From: a virus
DNA: 64,000 nt
Virus record (IMG/VR): IMGVR_UViG_3300028196_000006
Coordinates: 27,729-91,728 of that record
Direction: 5' to 3' (one strand)
Every line of letters starts with the position of its first letter. Within the stretch, counting starts at the first letter, position 1. Both the position numbers and the translations under genes were made by a program. This document shows positions 57,657-64,000 of the stretch, piece after piece. The notes below the pieces were generated by a model that did no database searches, was not told where the DNA came from, and saw nothing but the letters and a program-made list of their open reading frames with translations.

Positions 57657-59097
57657 AGACTACGGTTACGAGATACAGAAACTGTATCTTGAAATGATGT
57701 TAAGTGACGCAGAAACATTTGTGCGTTGTCAATCCATATTTGATTACACACTGTTTGATAGAAAACTTCAAGAAACAGCAGACTTTGTTAACAAATATGT
57801 AGCAGAATACAACTCATTGCCAACATACGACATTGTGAACAAGTCGTGCAATATTGAATTAAAGCCAGCAGAAAGTTTGACTGAAGAACATTTCAATTGG
57901 TTATTAGATGACTTTGAAACATTTATCAGACACAAAAGTTTAGAAAGAGCAATTTTAAAAAGTGCTGATATGTTGGAAAACGGCGAGTACGGTCCTGTTG
58001 AAGAATTGGTCAAGAAGGCAGTACAAATAGGATTACACAAAGATATAGGAACAGATTATTTTGACGATCCCAAAGCAAGATTGATGGGGTTGAAAGATCA
58101 AAATGGACAAGTGAGCACAGGCTGGACAACATTAGACAGAAAACTGTTTGGCGGATTTAACAAAGGTGAACTTAACATTTTTGCTGGTGGATCAGGAGCA
58201 GGTAAGAGTTTGTTCCTTGCAAACTTAGGTTGTAATTGGGTATTAAATGGATTGAATGTTGCATACATAACTTTTGAATTAAGTGAAGCACTAGTAAGTA
58301 TGAGATTAGATTCTATGCTGACTGATGTGCCTGCTAGAGAAATATTTAAAGATTTAGATGGTGTAGAAATGAAAGTTAAACTGCTTGGTAAAAAATCAGG
58401 CAAGTTTCAAATCAAATACATGAGCAGTGGTAAGAACACAAACGATTTAAGAAGTTATATCAAAGAATATGAAATTAAAACTGGCAGTAAACTAGATGTT
58501 ATACTAGTTGACTATTTGGATCTCATGATGCCGATCAATAAAAAAGTATCACCGGCTGATCTTTTTGTAAAAGACAAATTTGTTTCTGAAGAATTAAGAA
58601 ACTTATCAATGGAATTAAATGTAATATTTGTAACAGCATCACAGTTGAACAGAGGTGCAGTTGAAGAAATAGAATTTGATCATTCGCACATAGCAGGAGG
58701 ATTAAGTAAAATACAAACTGCTGACAATGTGTTTGGTATATTCACATCAAGAGCGATGCGTGAGCGTGGTAGATATCAAATACAATTAATGAAAACCAGA
58801 TCATCTAGTGGTGTTGGTCAAAAGATTGATTTAGAATTTGATATAGACAGTTTAAGAATTAGAGATTTAGCAGAAGACGAGTCGGGACAAAATTACGGTA
58901 GTGGTGGTGGTAATAGTACCATATACAATTCATTGAAAAAAACTTCAACAGTTATAGAAGATAATGCAACTGATTCGCCAGAACCTCAAGAAAAAGTTCC
59001 TAATCCTACAAAGGGAGAGTCGTTGCACAAAGCCAATACAGATAATACAGATCAAACAAAATTAAGGGACTTTTTAAAGAACCTTGATGACGAATAA
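57640..59097 (+). CDS. replicative DnaB-like helicase (T4 gp41-like)
   Basis: STGW..LD, AGGSGAGKS, ITFELSE, VDYLDL, TASQLNR, KTR. Confidence 0.92.
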   Translation: MVKQNKDYGYEIQKLYLEMMLSDAETFVRCQSIFDYTLFDRKLQETADFVNKYVAEYNSLPTYDIVNKSCNIELKPAESLTEEHFNWLLDDFETFIRHKSLERAILKSADMLENGEYGPVEELVKKAVQIGLHKDIGTDYFDDPKARLMGLKDQNGQVSTGWTTLDRKLFGGFNKGELNIFAGGSGAGKSLFLANLGCNWVLNGLNVAYITFELSEALVSMRLDSMLTDVPAREIFKDLDGVEMKVKLLGKKSGKFQIKYMSSGKNTNDLRSYIKEYEIKTGSKLDVILVDYLDLMMPINKKVSPADLFVKDKFVSEELRNLSMELNVIFVTASQLNRGAVEEIEFDHSHIAGGLSKIQTADNVFGIFTSRAMRERGRYQIQLMKTRSSSGVGQKIDLEFDIDSLRIRDLAEDESGQNYGSGGGNSTIYNSLKKTSTVIEDNATDSPEPQEKVPNPTKGESLHKANTDNTDQTKLRDFLKNLDDE

Positions 59098-59923
59098 ATC
59101 ATACAAAAGAATAGTAATACCCAAAGGTTTAGACTTAGGAACCAGTAGACGTACCTGTCTTCAATTGGCAAATACAATCAGTATAAGATCAGGTTTAGAA
59201 ATATTTTCAGATGTTGAAAATATTCAACAAGGAGATTTGGTAATACTTGGCGGTGTTGGTGGACATGATGGTTTTCAAAAGTATCATGAGTCTTTTCAAG
59301 AAAAAAATATTGATTATGTGAACGTTGAAAAAGGATATTGTAATTGGTGGAAACCGGTTTACTGGAGAGTTACATTCAACGAAAATCAAATTTTAGATAT
59401 AAAAGGTGAATACACCAACGAGCGATTTGTTAAATTTAAACTAAAAATAAAACAGTGGCAAATGGGGGAACAAGTATACATCGTTGCTCCTAGTCAAAAT
59501 GGATTAGAAGTATATGGCATTAAACAAAATGTAGATCAATGGATAGAATCCACTACACAAGAAATTAAAAAACACACAAACAGACCAATCAAAATTAGAA
59601 AAAAGATGCCTAAGAAAGCAAGAGGTTCAAGAGGTTTTTGTAATTCTTTAGAAAACATTTACTGTGTGGTCAGTTTACACACCATGGCAATGACCGAAGC
59701 ACTACGAGAAGGATGTCCTGTAATCAGTCTTGTGCCAGGCTGTGTAAAAGATTACAGTGTAAACTCAATTGATAAAATTAACAACTTGTACTACCCAGAA
59801 AACAGACAATACCTGTTCAACTGTTTAACCAATTTACAATTCAACTCTGACGAATTAATATCCGGTGTTGCTTGGGACACCATGAGCAAATACTACGGAA
59901 TCAGCATCAGCAAACAAGCCTAG
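59084..59923 (+). CDS. KpsS/KpsC-like GT-B protein (paralog of 44023)
   Basis: VEKGY, IVAPS, TNRPIKIRKK, VSLHTMAMTEALREGCP, QF..DELISG. Confidence 0.5.
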   Translation: MMTNKSYKRIVIPKGLDLGTSRRTCLQLANTISIRSGLEIFSDVENIQQGDLVILGGVGGHDGFQKYHESFQEKNIDYVNVEKGYCNWWKPVYWRVTFNENQILDIKGEYTNERFVKFKLKIKQWQMGEQVYIVAPSQNGLEVYGIKQNVDQWIESTTQEIKKHTNRPIKIRKKMPKKARGSRGFCNSLENIYCVVSLHTMAMTEALREGCPVISLVPGCVKDYSVNSIDKINNLYYPENRQYLFNCLTNLQFNSDELISGVAWDTMSKYYGISISKQA

Positions 59924-59925
59924 AG

Positions 59926-60005
59926 GCGGACAGCAAAATTCCGCAAAGCGGTAACGCAGAAATTTCAAATCCGCGAAGCGGTAAGCACAGCGATTTCGGT
60001 AAGCA
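59926..60005. repeat. 30-nt-period repeats with CCGC-(A/G)AA-GCGG mini-hairpins between convergent genes
   Basis: CCGCAAAGCGGTAA at 59941, CCGCGAAGCGGTAA at 59971, partial CGGTAAGCA at 59997. Confidence 0.75.
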
Positions 60006-60008
60006 ATT

Positions 60009-61079
60009 TTAATCTATGATTTTTCTTTTGACGCCTCGTCTTTTGACATCAAGTGTGCTACAATGTATTCCACCGTCCCAAAACAAATAGTGTCTTTGTG
60101 GCACAACGTGACAGTCTATGTGTAAGGACTTCAGTTTTGCAAACAGTTTGGGTATGTGTCGTGCAAACACAATGTTGTTTCTGTCTATCACCAACACATT
60201 GAGATCAAAGCAAACTTCTTGACTGTAACCTCTCCAATTCTCCAAGTACTTGTCTATCCAAGCAATGTCCATTTTGTTTTTGGCTTCTGCATAATCTTGT
60301 ACATATCTGTCCATTTTTAGTTCAGGCAAACAGTCACTCACATCAATCAACTGTTTGTTGTGTAAGCATTGAGGCACCCATTCCTTGCCTGCGTGTATCA
60401 CTGTGTCATCATCTATCATGATGAAGCCGTGGTCAATGTGACCAAAGCCATTGAATCTTGTGCCGGCATTGTGATGAAATTTATACTCACTCAGTTCACG
60501 TTTGCACCATTCTAAACCTGAAGTTGTGCCAGGTCCTTCGTGATTCACAATGATGGAATCGCCTGCTTTGTACATGGTGGCAGTGTGCCACAACACTCTG
60601 TCCATCAATTTTTCTTTGTAGGTTTTGTCGTTCACAAACCAATCATCTTGGTTGTTCAAGTCCATCAACATGGGTGCTGGTTGGCTGATCCAACGATGAC
60701 CTTGTTGAAACAACTGTTCAAATATTCGGTAATAACTGACGGAGTCAAAGTACCTGTCTGTGTAACTGGTGTAGGTTTGTATCACAGTGTTGCCCATTAC
60801 CAGCAAGGCATCTCTAGGCACAACAGGTGCTATGGGAAACTGCACATTGAACTCAGGCATCTGCGTGTGATCATGATGTGTGTACACATTGGGTCGCATG
60901 ACTTCAATGTTGCCTTGTTTGAGAAAGTCTGCCAACTGATCCAGGTCTTGTTTGGTCTCTTCTAAAATTTTATTGAACTGCGAGGCATTGTGATGAGTCA
61001 ACAAGTGACTGATTTGTTCTGGAGTGTATGTGTCTCCCACTATCACTGACTCCAACGGATCGTATTCTGTGTATATCAT
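60009..61079 (-). CDS. amidinotransferase (L-arginine:glycine/inosamine amidinotransferase family)
   Basis: EYDPLESVIVG, PRD, GHIDH, DLNVLVID, GGIHCSTLD (catalytic Cys). Confidence 0.85.
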   Translation of the reverse strand: MIYTEYDPLESVIVGDTYTPEQISHLLTHHNASQFNKILEETKQDLDQLADFLKQGNIEVMRPNVYTHHDHTQMPEFNVQFPIAPVVPRDALLVMGNTVIQTYTSYTDRYFDSVSYYRIFEQLFQQGHRWISQPAPMLMDLNNQDDWFVNDKTYKEKLMDRVLWHTATMYKAGDSIIVNHEGPGTTSGLEWCKRELSEYKFHHNAGTRFNGFGHIDHGFIMIDDDTVIHAGKEWVPQCLHNKQLIDVSDCLPELKMDRYVQDYAEAKNKMDIAWIDKYLENWRGYSQEVCFDLNVLVIDRNNIVFARHIPKLFAKLKSLHIDCHVVPQRHYLFWDGGIHCSTLDVKRRGVKRKIID

Positions 61080-62173
61080 TTGATCTGTTGCTCCAAAATT
61101 TCAAAATATTCATCAGTGGCATTTACAGGAACAATAAAAAACTTGTGAGTGTCTCCTCTATGAGCACTGAACAGCAAACCAAACACACTGTTCACTATGT
61201 ATCCTTGTGATTCAAAAACCTTTTGAGCACGTTGTTGTACAGTGAAATGATTATCCAACGGCATTTCTTTGTGCAGAATATCTATGTACTTGAAGCAACT
61301 CAATATGCCTGGCAGACTGTAATTGTATGTGAAACCGTGTTCCCAATCAAAATTATCCGGCAACACTTGATCTATTCTATCACCGTACAGTGTGATGCTG
61401 AGTGGAAAATATCCTGCTGTGACGGCTTTGCCCATAGTAAAGATGTCTGGCTTGACCGGCAGATTTCTCCAGCCCACAAATGATCCTGTTTTGCCACCGC
61501 CTATAAAAATATCATCCAGAATCAACACAACTCCTTGTGCCTGCAACTGTTTCATCTTGTTCCAGAATTCATCTGAATGAGGTTGTAACTGTTGAGCATA
61601 CTGACAGGTTTCCACCATCACACACAACACTTCATCCCAATTGGTGTCATTGATATTGAAATCTGTAGACAAACGCACAACTTCTGTGTAACGATTCAAT
61701 GTGTAGAAAGGATTGTCGAACAGACTGTCTCCCAAGTTATTGGTCAGAAATGTTGATCCGTGATAACTGTTGTTGAATGTCACAATTTTTTTACGTTGAT
61801 GCTGACCTAATTGATGTTGATAAGCACTGGCTAATTTGATAGCACCTTCATTAGCATCTGATCCACTCAATGCAAAAATACTCTTGTAACCACACATATT
61901 GTACAACTGATCAGCCAATTGCCATGACACATCATTCAATCTCAAATTGGAATCTTCCATTATAAAACTTTCGGCAACCTCAGGCTTCATTTTCATTTGA
62001 TCACACACATAATCTATGATGTCAAATCTTTCAAACCCTAGCACGAAACAACTGAAATGCAACAATGGATCAATCTGTTTTACACCATCCACAATGTTTC
62101 CATACTGCCAAGAGGGGTTTTCAAATCCAACAATATCTTGTCTTCCTGGTATTAGTCCTGGAAATTTTCTCAT
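61076..62173 (-). CDS. class III PLP-dependent aminotransferase
   Basis: SGSDANEGAIKLA, SYHG, LDDIFIGGGKTG, PDIFTMGK (PLP Lys), HGFTY. Confidence 0.85.
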   Translation of the reverse strand: MRKFPGLIPGRQDIVGFENPSWQYGNIVDGVKQIDPLLHFSCFVLGFERFDIIDYVCDQMKMKPEVAESFIMEDSNLRLNDVSWQLADQLYNMCGYKSIFALSGSDANEGAIKLASAYQHQLGQHQRKKIVTFNNSYHGSTFLTNNLGDSLFDNPFYTLNRYTEVVRLSTDFNINDTNWDEVLCVMVETCQYAQQLQPHSDEFWNKMKQLQAQGVVLILDDIFIGGGKTGSFVGWRNLPVKPDIFTMGKAVTAGYFPLSITLYGDRIDQVLPDNFDWEHGFTYNYSLPGILSCFKYIDILHKEMPLDNHFTVQQRAQKVFESQGYIVNSVFGLLFSAHRGDTHKFFIVPVNATDEYFEILEQQIK

Positions 62174-62721
62174 AGATTCCAATAACTCCTTTCAGTTGTA
62201 ATATACAGTGTAACTCTCCATTCATCACTCCAATTCCAACTGCCGTGTGCTTGTTCTGGAAGGAAACTGACTGCGTCGCCTTGTGCGATATAAATTTTTT
62301 CTTCTGCTATTTGAAATCCAACTGCTTCCACATTATTGCTAGGAATATTAATACCGAACACAGTTGGAATCAATAATATTTCTTGTTTGTTAATATAATC
62401 TTTTTTGTCCACATGAACAGGAATCGTGTGTCCTGGTTTCGTAAAATTGACAGCCACGTGTATTACTCCAGGAATATCTTTAGTGGCTTCATAAGTTCTA
62501 TTCCATTCTGCACTCCATTTTGTTTTTTTATAAAAATGCACAATAGGTACTCCCCACCATCCACATCTATAATCTACTAGATTCGCTTCGTAAACTTCTC
62601 CTGCATTTACAGTTTCTTTTTCTATATCGTGTGATTGACTCCAGTCTTCCCAATCCTTCCTACACAGATCATATAGATTTTTAAAACGATCGTGATGTTT
62701 GTATTGATAAGTTTTAATCAT
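62170..62721 (-). CDS. aspartyl/asparaginyl beta-hydroxylase-like 2OG-Fe(II) oxygenase
   Basis: PGHTIPVHVD...HGSWNWSDEWRVTL. Confidence 0.7.
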   Translation of the reverse strand: MIKTYQYKHHDRFKNLYDLCRKDWEDWSQSHDIEKETVNAGEVYEANLVDYRCGWWGVPIVHFYKKTKWSAEWNRTYEATKDIPGVIHVAVNFTKPGHTIPVHVDKKDYINKQEILLIPTVFGINIPSNNVEAVGFQIAEEKIYIAQGDAVSFLPEQAHGSWNWSDEWRVTLYITTERSYWNL

Positions 62722-63262
62722 TTAAACTGTCCTTATCTAAGAATATTTGAAAAGTTAACCTCGGGTCAGCACCATAAGACACAGGAGCAACTCCATGGGG
62801 TTCCACTCCGTTATTGAGTATTGCTGTGTTGTACACTGGAGTTATAAATTTTCCTTCCATATCATCAAATTTATTTTTATGCATGAATTGACCACCCCAA
62901 TTATTTTGCCAAGTTTTGTTCATAAAAATTGTTATGCCACAAGTGTTGCTGTTGCCTGTAGTATCATCGTTTGACGGAGCATCGGTGTGCCAATCTATAG
63001 AGCATCCAGAGCCGGCATAGTGCAACATACACACAAAGTCTTTTGGTTTGTGTTTTATAATTTTTGCATCTAACAAATATTTTACAATGCTTTCTTTTAG
63101 TTGATCTGTTTTTAAAACCATTATCTCTAGATTATGTTTCACTCCTTTTTTCTCATAAAAAGAATAACCATGTATCCAGTCGCCTTTATCAAAATTTTGT
63201 AGATAGCATTCTTGTATTAATTCTAACGTTGCGGTATCAAAAAAATTGCTTATTATTTTCAT
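62714..63262 (-). CDS. 2OG-Fe(II) oxygenase (prolyl-hydroxylase-like)
   Basis: IDWHTD, ITIFMN..W..NWGG, PHGV, R.TFQIF. Confidence 0.8.
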   Translation of the reverse strand: MKIISNFFDTATLELIQECYLQNFDKGDWIHGYSFYEKKGVKHNLEIMVLKTDQLKESIVKYLLDAKIIKHKPKDFVCMLHYAGSGCSIDWHTDAPSNDDTTGNSNTCGITIFMNKTWQNNWGGQFMHKNKFDDMEGKFITPVYNTAILNNGVEPHGVAPVSYGADPRLTFQIFLDKDSLND

Positions 63263-63819
63263 AAATCAAAACTGTCCTCTAGCAAAGACAAACAAAAAGT
63301 AATCCTTCGCTCGTTTGTTTTATTGTAAACACCATGTGGTACACGCCCACCATCTAAACATAGAATAGAATCTTCTGGCAAATACAATTTTTTATCTCCC
63401 CAGTTCATACCACAATTTTCTGCAGTGGTCTTTGGTTGTTTAAGGTAATACATTAATGTAAATGTTTTATCAACATTGTCTTCAGGCATTCCTTCTATAT
63501 GACTCCAGTCGGTGTGTTCTAACATTTCACTTTGAGGATTAACAATTATGATTGCACTGTAACTGATGCCATGTAAATTTTTAATTTTGTCTACTACTGA
63601 TTCATACCTTTCAGGTGGTTGACGATCAACAAATCTGTTGTAGATATCATAACTGTATGTTTCTACTTTTTCATCATGCACACCTTGGTCCCAACCTTCA
63701 TTCCAGTCTTCAACTCTAAAATCTTTCATATCCTGTTCAACATTGTACAGATTTTTGATTTCTTGGAAAATGGCTTCCAACTTGTTATAATCTTTATATT
63801 TGGTATAGTCTATAAGCAT
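63259..63819 (-). CDS. aspartyl/asparaginyl beta-hydroxylase-like 2OG-Fe(II) oxygenase
   Basis: PQSEMLEHTD...PHGVYNKTNERRIT. Confidence 0.68.
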   Translation of the reverse strand: MLIDYTKYKDYNKLEAIFQEIKNLYNVEQDMKDFRVEDWNEGWDQGVHDEKVETYSYDIYNRFVDRQPPERYESVVDKIKNLHGISYSAIIIVNPQSEMLEHTDWSHIEGMPEDNVDKTFTLMYYLKQPKTTAENCGMNWGDKKLYLPEDSILCLDGGRVPHGVYNKTNERRITFCLSLLEDSFDL

Positions 63820-63838
63820 GGTGAATTAAATTCAAAAA

Positions 63839-63846
63839 TATTTATA
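63839..63846 (-). promoter_or_regulatory. consensus T4 late promoter TATAAATA heading the oxygenase/aminotransferase/amidinotransferase operon
   Basis: Plus-strand TATTTATA is TATAAATA on the minus strand, 19 nt upstream of ATG 63819. Confidence 0.65.
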
Positions 63847-64000
63847 AACTGTTGAATTTAAAGGTCGTAGGTATGGTTTTGATACTGATAGACACATATA
63901 CGCCTCAACAAACAATGGCCCTTGTACTGACGTGTATGACGTTTTAACAGGCGTTTATTAGGGCGTTCTATCAGTCAATAATGCTGTAAAATTATTGCTG

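Noticed and set aside
59924-60008. Possible mini-CRISPR array
   Set aside because: Repeats are only about 14 nt with about 16-nt gaps, 2-3 units, and no cas genes are present.
1-64000. Stop-codon reassignment
   Set aside because: Core genes are full length in the standard code, and TAA, TAG and TGA all end genes with tight packing.
1-64000. tRNA or other structured RNA genes
   Set aside because: Intergenic gaps are short and I saw no cloverleaf or T-loop signature. A covariance-model scan was not possible.
63850-64000. Short duplicated words (TGACGT twice, GGCGTT twice) near the window end
   Set aside because: Too short to distinguish from chance, and the context is cut by the window edge.

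Overview
AT-rich, gene-dense 64-kb segment of a large T4-like (jumbo-type) tailed myophage, probably aquatic/marine, with a weak hint of an alphaproteobacterial host. It holds: (i) a virion block with a GT9-like glycosyltransferase, a fibre-like protein carrying a degenerate esterase insert, a 2344-aa repeat-rich fibre, neck gp13/gp14, gp15, sheath gp18, tube gp19, gp4 and terminase; (ii) ADP-heptose genes hldE/hldD downstream of gp14-gp15 on the same strand; (iii) replication/recombination genes (gp32, uvsX, uvsY, uvsW, clamp-loader subunit, primase, helicase, and a 185-aa mini DnaE); (iv) a ~13-kb glycan biosynthesis island; (v) a minus-strand cluster of three 2OG-Fe(II) oxygenases, a class III aminotransferase and an amidinotransferase. 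Main second-look items: a late-expressed heptose/glycan system that may decorate the virion; apparent strict avoidance of GCWGC; many promoters only 5-7 nt before ATG (leaderless mRNAs); an unlisted metallothionein-like peptide; and GCGAAGC-type mini-hairpin repeats at the strand switch. No tRNA, rRNA, CRISPR array or IS element was seen. All calls come from reading motifs by eye; no searches were run.
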